Positions 31,002-41,513 of a DNA stretch of 61,376 nucleotides are shown here, piece after piece. A program made the translations under genes and the position numbers. Source of the stretch: Promethearchaeota archaeon (GTDB taxonomy: Archaea; Asgardarchaeota; Lokiarchaeia; Sigyniarchaeales; SOKP01); NCBI GenBank assembly GCA_030603385.1, contig JAUVXW010000028.1, positions 1 through 61,376 of the forward strand, in the 5' to 3' direction. The notes beneath the pieces were generated by a model. The model saw nothing but the letters and a program-made list of their open reading frames with translations, searched no databases and was not told the DNA's origin. Positions within the stretch are counted from its first letter, which is position 1. Each line of letters starts with the position of its first letter.

Positions 31002-32234
31002 TTAATCAGATATTCCACTTTCTGTAATACTAAAAATAGCCTCACATTCAGGTAAGTGAGGTGCGTCAACTATTTTTGCTATTCTCTGTTCTCCCTTACC
31101 TTTTCGTAAATATACTCTAATAGTTGAACCATGGGCAACGATATTTCCTCCGGTAGCCCGTAAAGGGTTTCCATAAAAAACATCGGGCTTAGACTGGACT
31201 TGGTTTGTTAAAACAATTGCTAAATCTGTATATATATCGCATAACCTTAGTAAATCGTGTAGATGAGAATTTATAGTTTGTTGTCGGTTTGCTAAAGTCC
31301 CTCTTCCGATATATTCGCTTCTAAAATGTCCTATAAGTGAATCAACGACAATTAATTTTATGTTTTTTTCTTTAATAATATTAGCTGCTTCCTTAATTAG
31401 TAAAATCTGGTGATCAGAATTATAGGCTCTCCCAAAAACAATATTTTTCAACACATTATTATAATCTAAATCAAGTCCTTCAGCCATTTGAATTATTCTT
31501 TCTGGCCTAAAAGTGCCTTCTGTATCAATATACAATGCTCTACCTTCTAGTCCACCCTTTTCTTTGGGTAATTGTACATTCACACATAACTGATGCATGA
31601 TTTGAGTTTTTCCCGTTCTATATTCTCCAAAAAATTCAATTACACTTCCAGTCTCCACACCACCGCCTAAAGAATCGTCTAGTTCTTGACTACCTGTGGT
31701 GATTCGTGCGATATTTTTTCTATGTTCCCATATTGCATCTGCAGACTTAAAACCGATCCCCAATTGGGTCATCGAGGCTTTAACTAGTCTTTCAGTAGTT
31801 TTATCACCAAGACCACTTTCCTCTTTAATTATTGAGGGTGGTGTATATGCAATTGATTCAAGGCTGTTGAACCCTGCCTTTATAAGCTTATTTAAAGTAG
31901 CTTCTCCTACACCAGGAAGTTTTTTAACTGCATCTACGCAATCTTTTAAGTCATCTTCATTCCCATCAATATCAGATTTTTTTTCATCCTCTAATTGAAT
32001 ATCAATTTCATCAGTTCTTTCTTCCTCTTCTAATTCATTAAAGGCTTCAATTAGTTCTTCTTCATCATCATAGGTATTAGGATTTGCCTCTTCCACAGAA
32101 TTTTCCATTTGGGCATACTTTAAATGTTCTTTATAAATTTTTCCTTTTGTATGCGTTCTTTTGCATTCTGGGCAATAATATGCTTGACCTTCAACAAATT
32201 CACTTTTATCCTTTGTATCTACGGCTTTAGCCAT
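31002..32234 (-). CDS. radA: DNA repair and recombination protein RadA with N-terminal zinc-finger/acidic extension
   Basis: HhH LPGVGEAT, polymerisation motif GFKSA, Walker [39 protein letters not shown]. Confidence 0.95.
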   Translation of the reverse strand: MAKAVDTKDKSEFVEGQAYYCPECKRTHTKGKIYKEHLKYAQMENSVEEANPNTYDDEEELIEAFNELEEEERTDEIDIQLEDEKKSDIDGNEDDLKDCVDAVKKLPGVGEATLNKLIKAGFNSLESIAYTPPSIIKEESGLGDKTTERLVKASMTQLGIGFKSADAIWEHRKNIARITTGSQELDDSLGGGVETGSVIEFFGEYRTGKTQIMHQLCVNVQLPKEKGGLEGRALYIDTEGTFRPERIIQMAEGLDLDYNNVLKNIVFGRAYNSDHQILLIKEAANIIKEKNIKLIVVDSLIGHFRSEYIGRGTLANRQQTINSHLHDLLRLCDIYTDLAIVLTNQVQSKPDVFYGNPLRATGGNIVAHGSTIRVYLRKGKGEQRIAKIVDAPHLPECEAIFSITESGISD

Positions 32235-32516
32235 TTTTTATCACTCGATTAAAATTTTAGAGTATTTTATATACTTAATTTTTATTATGCATAGATATTC
32301 TGGTATTTATTTTAAGTAAAATAGAGTTCTGATTTTTGGATTTACTTTATAAATATTCTAATAAGAAACGACAATATTGAGAGGATTCTTAGTTCGATGA
32401 AAAAGAGTTTTCTTGAATTCTACATATTATTTTATTTATTAAATAAAACAATAAAAACAAGATAGAATTATAAGAAAATATTAAATAAATAAACTTAATT
32501 ACTTGGTGAAATTTAA

Positions 32517-33764
32517 ATGAAGAATAACATAAAATTAGAATATTATCCAAAATTAGATGAGACAGTACTTCAAGAATCAATAGAGATCGTTCATAAAAAT
32601 AAAGAAAAATGGGATATTCCTTTTTTCTTTGATACTAAATCTTATTTAGACCTTAATCATATCAAACAAACCTCCAAGTCCGTAATAACAGAGGATATTA
32701 AGAATGTAATAGTACTAGGAACTGGAGGGTCAATTCAAACATTATTAACATTAAAACATTTATCACAGAAAAAAATATTCCCTATTACAAGTTCTAGAGC
32801 GGTAGAATTAAAAGGATGTTTGGATAAGACTTCTCCAAATGACTCAATTGTAATTCCAATCTCAAGAGGGGGGGAGACATTAGATATTAACTCTACAATT
32901 GGAATTTTATTAAGGGAAGGGTATAAGTTTCTAGGCTTATCATCTAAGGGAACTATGAATAAGATACTACAAAAAATTGGCTGCCCTATTTTAGATGTCC
33001 CTAATCTTAGTGGACGTTTTGCAGGATCAGTTACTAATGTAGGTATTGTCCCAGCATTTATTTCAGGGATTAATGTTGAAGATTTCATAAAAGGGTTGGA
33101 GGATGGATATAATTTATTTTCTGATTATAAAAAGAATTTGGCAGTAGAATTTTCAGCTTACCTATTCAACATATATAAAAAGGGTTATAATGTTATATTT
33201 TCAATGCCATATTCTAAAAATTTAGAGGGAAGCACTGGATTATGGGTTCAATGTGTTTCTGAAAGTACGGGAAAAGACGAAAAAGGTATGATCGGGACTT
33301 ATCAAGGTGCTCCAATATGCCAACATTCCGTCTTAGAATATTTGCTAGGAGGAACCAAAGGTATAGTAACGCCAGTTTTGTGGACTGTGGAACATGAAAT
33401 GCATGATTTAAGTTTGGAATCCTCTATTGAATATGTAAATGGAAAAAGTGCTCAAACAATTGTCAATTACCAGGCAGATGCAACTTTTCAAGCGTTAATT
33501 CAACAAGGTGTTCCTACTGCTAAAATCTCTATTGAAACTCCCACAGAAATGAATATGGGCATCCTTACTGCATTCATTTTATCTTCAGTATATTACCTTT
33601 GTTTGCTATTAAACGTTAATTGGGCCAATAACCCAAAAGTAATAATTGGAAAAGAGATTTGTAATCAAGCCCTTAAAGATAACGTAGATTCTGAAGAGGG
33701 AGAAGAAAAGAGAAAAATTATCGCATTAGAAAGTTTTATTAACTTTTATTCTTCTCATTTTTAG
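32517..33764 (+). CDS. pgi: Glucose-6-phosphate isomerase-like SIS-domain protein
   Basis: LGTGGS, ISRGGET, SGRF, ESTGK, QHS, NPKVIIGK correspond to PGI motifs, though divergent. Confidence 0.65.
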   Translation: MKNNIKLEYYPKLDETVLQESIEIVHKNKEKWDIPFFFDTKSYLDLNHIKQTSKSVITEDIKNVIVLGTGGSIQTLLTLKHLSQKKIFPITSSRAVELKGCLDKTSPNDSIVIPISRGGETLDINSTIGILLREGYKFLGLSSKGTMNKILQKIGCPILDVPNLSGRFAGSVTNVGIVPAFISGINVEDFIKGLEDGYNLFSDYKKNLAVEFSAYLFNIYKKGYNVIFSMPYSKNLEGSTGLWVQCVSESTGKDEKGMIGTYQGAPICQHSVLEYLLGGTKGIVTPVLWTVEHEMHDLSLESSIEYVNGKSAQTIVNYQADATFQALIQQGVPTAKISIETPTEMNMGILTAFILSSVYYLCLLLNVNWANNPKVIIGKEICNQALKDNVDSEEGEEKRKIIALESFINFYSSHF

Positions 33765-35212
33765 ATAATAAAAGCATCATATAAGACATTAATAGCTTTA
33801 ACACAATCCTTTCTTTCTATTATAGCAGTAAAATTTAATTCAGAAGAGCCCTGAGCGATCGCTAATATGTTAATATTATTATTACCTAATGTTGTAAATA
33901 CTTTACCTGCAATACCAGGTGTGTGGAGCACTCCTGCACCTATAACTGCAACAAGAGAAATATCATTATTAATTTTTATTCGAAACCAGTTCTTTCCAAA
34001 TAAATCTGAATTTCTCAATAAGAAACTTACTTTCTTCGAATCTTCGAAATCAATTCCAAATGTAATATTATTTTCAGAAGAACTCTGAGATATGAAGACA
34101 AGATTCACATTATTGTCTCCTAAGAGAGAAAACAGTTTAGAAGCTGTTCCTGAAAGTGGTATCATCGTGTCACTTTCAAGGGTAACCATTGAAAGTTTAT
34201 ATATTGAAGTAATAGCTTTAATAACATTTCCATCTTCAACAGATTCTTTCGTAATTGTAGTAAATTCATCGGAATCAGGTTCATTAAACGATCTGATTTC
34301 AGATGGAACATTTCCTTTCTCACTAACATCAAGACATAAAGGATGTAAGACTTTTGTGCCAAAAAAGGATAGTTCTTTCGCTTCAATATATGAAATTTGC
34401 TTTAAAAGAGAAGTTTTTTTAGAAATTTTTGGGTCTGCGTCTAGTAATCCCTTAACATCTTTCCAATATATAACTCTAGTATCAAATATGTTCCTTAAAG
34501 AATAAGCTATTATAGCTGCTGTTAAATCTGTCCCTCCTCTTCCTAAGGTTGTAATTTTTTTATCCTCTTTTGTAGAGGCAAAGAATCCGGTGATACAAGA
34601 TGTCAAATCAGGCTCTGATTTTAATAATGGCACTAAATCCTCATTTATAAGTGCTTCTGTATCATTTAATAATGGTAATGCATTCCCAAAATTATCATCT
34701 GTAAGGATTAACTCATTTGAGGGGAAATATTTAGATTTGATCCCTAAAGAGTTGAGATACTGAGTTAAAATAAATGTACTAAGTTTTTCTCCATAAGAAA
34801 TGATAAGATCTTGAATTTCGATACTTGGTCTTATTAATTTTATAACATGTCCTAATTGAGTTAGTTCCTCAATATTTTTTTTCAAAAATATGATTGATTT
34901 TTCATATTCGATACTTTCAAAATTCATTAATTGCTCAATTAATTTTCTATGGATAGAATTTATATTATTAAGTATACTTTCGCAACCTAAATCTTCGTTA
35001 CAAGTCTTCACGTAGAAATCAATTAGCTTATCAGTAATATCCTTCATTGCTGAAGCAACGATTACTAATCTTGACTTACCTATATATATTCTAATGATTT
35101 CTGCAGTTTGAGTATAAGATCTAGCATCTTGTAAACAAGAACCACCAAATTTCATTATTACGAGACTATTTTTCTTGTTAGTTAAACTTATCACCAAAAC
35201 CTCTCTTTTCAA
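33761..35212 (-). CDS. lysC: Aspartate kinase with two ACT domains (true start probably a few codons downstream)
   Basis: MKFGGS, SYGEKLS, TTLGRGGTD, KDVKGLLDADP, FGTKVLHP, IAQGSSELN. Confidence 0.92.
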   Translation of the reverse strand: MKREVLVISLTNKKNSLVIMKFGGSCLQDARSYTQTAEIIRIYIGKSRLVIVASAMKDITDKLIDFYVKTCNEDLGCESILNNINSIHRKLIEQLMNFESIEYEKSIIFLKKNIEELTQLGHVIKLIRPSIEIQDLIISYGEKLSTFILTQYLNSLGIKSKYFPSNELILTDDNFGNALPLLNDTEALINEDLVPLLKSEPDLTSCITGFFASTKEDKKITTLGRGGTDLTAAIIAYSLRNIFDTRVIYWKDVKGLLDADPKISKKTSLLKQISYIEAKELSFFGTKVLHPLCLDVSEKGNVPSEIRSFNEPDSDEFTTITKESVEDGNVIKAITSIYKLSMVTLESDTMIPLSGTASKLFSLLGDNNVNLVFISQSSSENNITFGIDFEDSKKVSFLLRNSDLFGKNWFRIKINNDISLVAVIGAGVLHTPGIAGKVFTTLGNNNINILAIAQGSSELNFTAIIERKDCVKAINVLYDAFII

Positions 35213-35319
35213 AAAAAAAGGGTGCTTTTATAGATTAAAAGAAAATACTAAACTTAAATATTCATTTAAAAAAGTAGTATAAATTGATTTAAATTTTATT
35301 GAACTAATGGTAAAGTATT

Positions 35320-36558
35320 ATGACACAAAAAATTAAAATCCCATGGGCAACATGGAGAGAACCAGGATTTATAAACTTGGATTTCCCCGATTCTTGGGAT
35401 ATATCAATATGTAATATGGAAGGAGCAAAATATAGTGAATTATCAGAAGTTGAAATTAAAAATGCCATTTTAAACCCAATTGGTACCTTAAAATTATCAG
35501 AATTAGCAAAAGGGAAAACAAATATTGTTATTGTCATTGATGATATGACTAGACCAACTCCAATTTATAAAATTTTACCTTTTGTTCTTGAGGAATTGAA
35601 GAAAGCTAATATAAAAGAAAATCAAATAACAATCCTTTTAGCAATAGGGGCTCACAGACCAATGACAAGGCAAGATTGTATTCTTAAATTAGGAATGGAA
35701 ATAGTGAATAAATATAGAATTGAAAATCATCATCCTTATGAAAATTTAGAATATTTGGGTGAATCATCAAAAGGAACACCGATTTGCGTTAATAAAACGT
35801 ACGTTGATGGAGATTTAAAAATTGCTATAGGGGGTGTAATACCTCATTCTCTTGCGGGATTTGGAGGAGGTGCTAAAATAGTACTTCCAGGTGTATGTGG
35901 AATAGATACTCTTGAAGCAAATCATAAAAGTCTATCGGGAGGAATTGGAATAATTACTGAAGCACGTCGAGATATAGAGGACATTGCTGAGATGGTAGGA
36001 TTAGATTTTTCAATAAATGTAATATTTACAGATAAGGGTAAGATTGCAGGGATCTTTGCAGGGCATTTTATAAATGCTCATAGGAAGGCTATAGAATTTG
36101 GAAAGCAAGCTTATTCAACAGAAATAACCCAAAATAATCAAATTTGCTTCTTCAATACTTTTCCAGAAGACTCAGAATTAAATCAAGCTCAATATAAAGC
36201 ATTTAATTTCTTGATGACGGCGCCAAAAACACTACTCGATCCAGATGGAGCGATTGTCGCCATGACATGTTCATATGAAGGGCGGGGATATCACAGCCTT
36301 GTGGCAGAAACAGGAGCAAGACTCTATAAGAATATCGGAGACACAAAATTTTGGGATTTCTTTATCCAAAAAAGAAAGGTATATCTTTTTTCCCCGAATG
36401 TTAATGAGATAGATAAGAATCATTTATTTCCCAAATCTGTTATATTATTTAATAAATGGCCTGATTTGATTCAAGAATTGCAAAATAAATTTGGTGAAAC
36501 TCCCAGAGTAGCAATTATTCCAACTAGTATTCAGATTGCAGAGAAAAGAGAAAAATAA
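35320..36558 (+). CDS. Lactate racemase-like (LarA family) protein
   Basis: DDMTRPTP, AIGAHRPM, PHSLAGFGGGAKIVLPGVCG, NH. Confidence 0.85.
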   Translation: MTQKIKIPWATWREPGFINLDFPDSWDISICNMEGAKYSELSEVEIKNAILNPIGTLKLSELAKGKTNIVIVIDDMTRPTPIYKILPFVLEELKKANIKENQITILLAIGAHRPMTRQDCILKLGMEIVNKYRIENHHPYENLEYLGESSKGTPICVNKTYVDGDLKIAIGGVIPHSLAGFGGGAKIVLPGVCGIDTLEANHKSLSGGIGIITEARRDIEDIAEMVGLDFSINVIFTDKGKIAGIFAGHFINAHRKAIEFGKQAYSTEITQNNQICFFNTFPEDSELNQAQYKAFNFLMTAPKTLLDPDGAIVAMTCSYEGRGYHSLVAETGARLYKNIGDTKFWDFFIQKRKVYLFSPNVNEIDKNHLFPKSVILFNKWPDLIQELQNKFGETPRVAIIPTSIQIAEKREK

Positions 36559-36561
36559 AAT

Positions 36562-37200
36562 TTAAAAAACAAATATAATGACTGCTATTGCTGCGATGCA
36601 ACCTAATATAGAAAATCCATATGTGATTAAATGATTACCCACTTTGAACTTGGCATGAATGATTTTGAAGTCAAGATCAATTCTAAATATATTTTCATTA
36701 GTTTTTAAATGTCCATATAGAACTAAAGGTGTCAGATACCTAACGTATAGTCTTTTCCAAAACATTATTGAAAACATCACAATTATCGAAGCAAAGGTTA
36801 TCTCTAATTGATCAGCTTTCCTTAAACGAATAATAAGATAACCAAGGAAAACAGCGCCAAATAATCCTAATTTAATAAGTAATGGCACTTCTTCAAAGGT
36901 TGAGATGGTTGAACCAGAGAGCCACCCTGTATATAAATCAAGATAATTTGGTAGAAATAAGAGTGGACTTATTAAAAACACGACAATTGGAATGCATAAA
37001 AATATTATAAATATTTTCATTTCTTTCCAATCTTTCTCAAATAGAAATTTAATAAAAAAATATGGTGCTGCAGGTAAGGTAAACCATTTAGTACACATTG
37101 TTAGTCCAGAATAAAGATAATATAAAGAAAGGATAAGAAAAATATAAAAAAAACTATCAGTTATATGATACCCACAATCTATAGGACTGAATACATTGTT
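36562..37200 (-). pseudogene. Probable 5'-truncated polytopic membrane protein (GT-C/GT87-like fragment)
   Basis: Frame is open 34 codons above the ATG at 37098 up to a TGA; T-K-W-F-x-x-P and RYLTP patterns; shorter than typical GT-C proteins. Confidence 0.4.
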
Positions 37201-37441
37201 TCAATATTATAATTGTACAACATCCTATAATGATGCGTTTTGTTTTTACTTCCATGTTGAGAGAAAAAAATTAAAACTATTAAATAAATTTATAGAATTT
37301 GGTTAACTAATTTCTTATAGAAGTGAAAATTCTCATTATTGAAAGTGTTTTAAGAAATATTAAGGGTAAATTTTATTATTTTGAAAGCAATAAATCAACA
37401 TATACTTAGAATTATCAAATTTTAATATAATATCAAATATA

Positions 37442-38704
37442 ATGGAAAAAGTTGAATTATTAGCTCCTGCAAAGAATTTTAAAGCTATTAAAGCAGCATC
37501 GAAATATGCTGATGCGGTATATTTCGGTCTCGAGAAATTTAATATGAGAATGCGTTCAGAAAATATAACTTTAGAAGATCTAAGTAAAGTTATGAATTTC
37601 TGCAATAAGCATAAATTAAAGACATATCTAACAACGAACATTTTAATGTATGATAATGAGCTAAATGAACTAAGATATACGATAGAGATTGCAAAAAATT
37701 CTGGAATAGATGCTATAATTATACATGATATAGCAGCTCTTGAAGTTGCCAAAGAATTGAATGTACCATTTCATATCTCAACCCAGTGTAATGTTTCTAA
37801 TTCTTTGTCCGCTAAATTTTATGAAGATCTGGGGGCAGAGCGAATAATTTTGGCCAGAGAGTTATCTTTAGAAAAGATTAAAGAGATTAAAAGAAATCTA
37901 GCGAAAACTGAAGTTGAGGTTTTTATACATGGAGCCATGTGTACTTCAATTAGTGGAAGATGCTACTTCTCTCAAGATATTTGTGGAACACCGGAAAAAT
38001 CAGCCAATAGAGGAAAATGTGAACAACCATGTAGAAGAAGATGGTGGGTTCGTGAAGAATCAGGGAGAGAGTATATTTATGACGGAGTAAGATTTATGAA
38101 TTCTAGGGATTTATGTACAATAGCATATATCCCTCAATTAATTGAAGCTAACATTGATGCTTTTAAAATTGAGGGAAGAATGCGTCACCCACATTACGCA
38201 GAAATTGTTACCAAAACATATCGAGAAGCAATAGAAGCGTATTATAATGGAACGTTTACAAAAAAGAAAGCTGGTAGGTGGGTCACCGAATTAAAAAAAG
38301 TCTATAATCGTGGATTTACCCCAGGTTTCTATTTTAAAAGGATGACAGAAGAAGATCATCAACACAAATCACCTACAAATTTGTCTCACTTTCGTTATAT
38401 AAAAATTGGTCAAGTAAACGAATACAATCCTAGTACAAAGTATGCATCTATCTCCTTAGATAATGGATATCTTACTAAAAACGATGACCTAATTATTATG
38501 GGCAAAGAAACAGATACTTATATTCACCAAAAAGCTAATGAAATTAAATATCAAGGTAAATTAGTAAGTAAAACACCTCGCGGAACTAAAGATGAAAAAG
38601 TATCAGTTGAATTAAAAATAGAAGATGTTGTAATTGGAAAAGGGCAGGATAAAATTTATGTTTTTACTGATAAAACTTACGGAAATGAATATGTTTTACC
38701 CTAA
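37442..38704 (+). CDS. Peptidase U32 family Fe-S protein (TrhP/RlhA-like RNA hydroxylation family)
   Basis: ELLAPA, ADAVYFG, HISTQ, LARELS, HGAMCTSISGRC, CEQPCR, KIEGRMR. Confidence 0.9.
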   Translation: MEKVELLAPAKNFKAIKAASKYADAVYFGLEKFNMRMRSENITLEDLSKVMNFCNKHKLKTYLTTNILMYDNELNELRYTIEIAKNSGIDAIIIHDIAALEVAKELNVPFHISTQCNVSNSLSAKFYEDLGAERIILARELSLEKIKEIKRNLAKTEVEVFIHGAMCTSISGRCYFSQDICGTPEKSANRGKCEQPCRRRWWVREESGREYIYDGVRFMNSRDLCTIAYIPQLIEANIDAFKIEGRMRHPHYAEIVTKTYREAIEAYYNGTFTKKKAGRWVTELKKVYNRGFTPGFYFKRMTEEDHQHKSPTNLSHFRYIKIGQVNEYNPSTKYASISLDNGYLTKNDDLIIMGKETDTYIHQKANEIKYQGKLVSKTPRGTKDEKVSVELKIEDVVIGKGQDKIYVFTDKTYGNEYVLP

Positions 38705-39398
38705 ATTTTACTGTCCGAATCTGTAAGCAATCTAACTAATTCTTCAATAAATACACTCTCCTCTTCTTCCATTGGAGAATTTCCCCATCGTCTTTGTGGT
38801 GATGGAAAAAAAAATTGGGAAAAATGGAAACTTCTTTATAAAGGCTCTCAGCGGTAGTGAGAGCGCTCACTAAAGTTAGACAATGATATCGACAAAAAAG
38901 GATTATTATAGAAAGTTAGATAGAATAGTCATGCAAAATAGAGATAAATATTAGATATTTTAATTTTCAGAATTATGTCGAGAATGAGCTAAAATTTTAA
39001 GAGGCCATATTTACATACAAAAAAGTATGTGATAAAATCATTAATTTTATTCAAGTTACTACAAAATTATCTTTTTCTAGAATTAATGAGATAAGAATGA
39101 TATAAAAAGAAAAAACGGTGACAGAAATCGAATAATTATTAATGGGTTAATCTTGCAGTGGAAATCTAATATTTTTGATCTTTTTCTAATGAATCTGATT
39201 TTAAAATATCTTGATAAAAATCAAATTTATTAAATGCTTCTTTAACATAGAAATAATATTTTCTTAGAAATATCAAATCCTTATCAAATCGATATATTGT
39301 TGATTTACTAGAATTTTTATATTTCTCTTTCCAATAATTAAATAAAAATATTAAGAATTTAGATCATTTATTATTAATAAAAAATACCCAATATTGGG

Positions 39399-40700
39399 AT
39401 GAATATGGAATACATTAAGAATATCTCTGACGAAATTGATAAAATCGGATTTAAGGCATATGGTAAAATCATAGAAATAGAATTTGTAGATGGAGTTATA
39501 CATAGGTATGAAAATGTTCAAAAGAAAATTTTTGATGATTTCAGGAACGCTGATTCACAAAAAGATTATTATGTTAATCACATCCAAAACAGCAATCTTG
39601 ATTATGATACTATTAAAGAGGGAAATAGATCCGATATTGAGGTATTGAAAGATCGACAACGTAATCTAGTAACTCAATTTGTGGATTATAACTTGAGAGC
39701 ATTGGCAGAATTGTTAGAAGAAAAAACTATTGATCTTCAACCTCAATATCAGCGAAGATATCGTTGGAATGATGAAAGACAATCGAAATTAATAGAATCA
39801 TTTATAATGAATGTTCCAGTTCCTCCAATATTTTTAAATGAAGATGAATTTGGAAAATATTCTGTTATAGATGGTAAACAACGATTAAATACTATTCAAA
39901 GATTTCTTACAAGTGAATTAGAACTAGTTGGTCTAGAAGTATATAGAGATTTTAATGGAAAAACTTTTTCTGATCTACCATTAATATATCAAAATTATAT
40001 AAAAACTCGAGCTGTTTTGAGGGCAATTATAATACTCAGCGAATCTGATGAGGATATTAAATACAAAGTTTTTCAACGTCTAAATACTGGAGGTGTAAGC
40101 TTAAACGCTCAGGAGATACGGAATAGTGCTTATCCTGGAGATTTAAATGATTTGATTTTGACATTGTCTGAGAATTCAACATTTCACAAATTATTAGGAG
40201 TAGATGATATAAATGAATCAAAAATTTATCAAGAAATGAAGGATGTAGAATATGTACTCAGATTTTTCACTTTTTTTGAGAATCCAAACTATTTTTCAGG
40301 AGATATTGCTTGGAAAATGAGTGATTTCATTAGAAAAAATCAAAGGATGGATAGAAGTAAAATTATAAAATTTGAAAAGAAATTTCTATCTACAATTAAT
40401 TTTATTTATAGATTATTTGGTGAATATGCTTTTAAAAGATGGTGGGAAACTAAGGGTGAATGGAAGAAAAAAATTACAACGCCATTGTTTGATGCTGTAA
40501 TATTCGCATGTGTAGACCGTGATGAAAGTCTTTCAATACCGAATGATTTTGATAAGGATGATTTTATCATAGAATATAAAAAACTTTTCTCAGATAAAGC
40601 TTTTGATGATTCAATTACTTATCACACAGGTACTTCCCCTGCCTTTAACACACGGAAGGATAAGGTCTATAAATTAATAACTGTTTCCTTAGAAAGGTAA
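39399..40700 (+). CDS. KTSC-domain + DUF262 (GmrS/ParB-like) fusion protein
   Basis: N-terminal IGF...IEIEFVDGVIHRYENV...FDDFRNADSQKDYYVNHI is KTSC-like; PQYQRRYRW, LIESFIMNVPVPPIF, VIDGKQRL, FQRLNTGG, QEIRN are DUF262 motifs. Confidence 0.85.
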   Translation: MNMEYIKNISDEIDKIGFKAYGKIIEIEFVDGVIHRYENVQKKIFDDFRNADSQKDYYVNHIQNSNLDYDTIKEGNRSDIEVLKDRQRNLVTQFVDYNLRALAELLEEKTIDLQPQYQRRYRWNDERQSKLIESFIMNVPVPPIFLNEDEFGKYSVIDGKQRLNTIQRFLTSELELVGLEVYRDFNGKTFSDLPLIYQNYIKTRAVLRAIIILSESDEDIKYKVFQRLNTGGVSLNAQEIRNSAYPGDLNDLILTLSENSTFHKLLGVDDINESKIYQEMKDVEYVLRFFTFFENPNYFSGDIAWKMSDFIRKNQRMDRSKIIKFEKKFLSTINFIYRLFGEYAFKRWWETKGEWKKKITTPLFDAVIFACVDRDESLSIPNDFDKDDFIIEYKKLFSDKAFDDSITYHTGTSPAFNTRKDKVYKLITVSLER

Positions 40701-40707
40701 AGACTCA

Positions 40708-41403
40708 ATGATAACTTCAAGTGCCTATGATATGTTTCTTAAATCCTTAGAAATTGCCAGAGGATTAATTCAATTAGATACGTATAGCGTACCACCTAAA
40801 CCAGAAGATAAGAAATATGTTTATGGTTTACGAGGGGGTTCTGTAATATTGATTGTTGCATCATTTGAAGAATTTTTAAATAGTTTACCCGATACCCATT
40901 TAGATGTCATAAAAAGACACATCAGAAATATTGATTTTTCAAAATTACCTGGTAAATTTATAATAACAAATGTTTCTAGGACATTATTTGAATTATCAAA
41001 GAATAAAGATATTGGAAAAATACCAGATGTAAAAAAAACTTGTAGATCTATTATTAATGATGAGATAAATACTTCAGTTTTCAAATTACAAGGTTTTAAT
41101 CCTAGACCAAAGCAGATAAATAATCTTTTTAAGGTAATTGGATTTGAAAATATTTTTGAACAAATAACAGAAAGATTTCAAAAAAGATGGCATAAAAGAA
41201 TCAGTACATATCTTATTATGGATAAATTAAACGAGATAATTGAAAGACGGAATAGGGTTGCTCATAATGCATCTATGACATCTCATATAACTAAAAACGA
41301 TTTAAATGAGGCAATTGATTTTCTAAGGATTTTAGCTCGGTTATTAGATATGACATATAAAAAACGAATAAATTATATCTGTATATCAGCAAAAATCACG
41401 TAA
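40708..41403 (+). CDS. HEPN domain protein (RiboL-PSP/MAE_28990-like), putative RNase effector
   Basis: LIVASFEEFL N-terminal helix and RRNRVAH (Rx4H) motif; 7 nt downstream of the DUF262 gene. Confidence 0.85.
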   Translation: MITSSAYDMFLKSLEIARGLIQLDTYSVPPKPEDKKYVYGLRGGSVILIVASFEEFLNSLPDTHLDVIKRHIRNIDFSKLPGKFIITNVSRTLFELSKNKDIGKIPDVKKTCRSIINDEINTSVFKLQGFNPRPKQINNLFKVIGFENIFEQITERFQKRWHKRISTYLIMDKLNEIIERRNRVAHNASMTSHITKNDLNEAIDFLRILARLLDMTYKKRINYICISAKIT

Positions 41404-41485
41404 TAAATAAAAATAATGAATTTTTATAAGATTCGAGGATGAGAGTATTGTATAAAAATTTGCTGAAATTCCAGTAAGTTGCAAT

Positions 41486-41513
41486 GAAATCTTATAAAAT
41501 ATCATAAGATTTC
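41486..41513. repeat. Perfect 10-bp inverted repeat with 8-nt spacer between convergent genes
   Basis: gaaatcttat-aaaatatc-ataagatttc. Confidence 0.6.

Noticed and set aside
1097-37752. Many short antisense or alternate-frame ORFs (e.g. 1097, 4276, 6690, 14778, 16959, 20380, 22899, 24012, 31696, 34092, 37360)
   Set aside because: Shadows of well-supported genes on the other strand or frame
38705-39398. tRNA or other integration-target RNA gene at the island boundary
   Set aside because: No cloverleaf or T-loop GTTC(G/A)A context found; only short hairpins and broken frames
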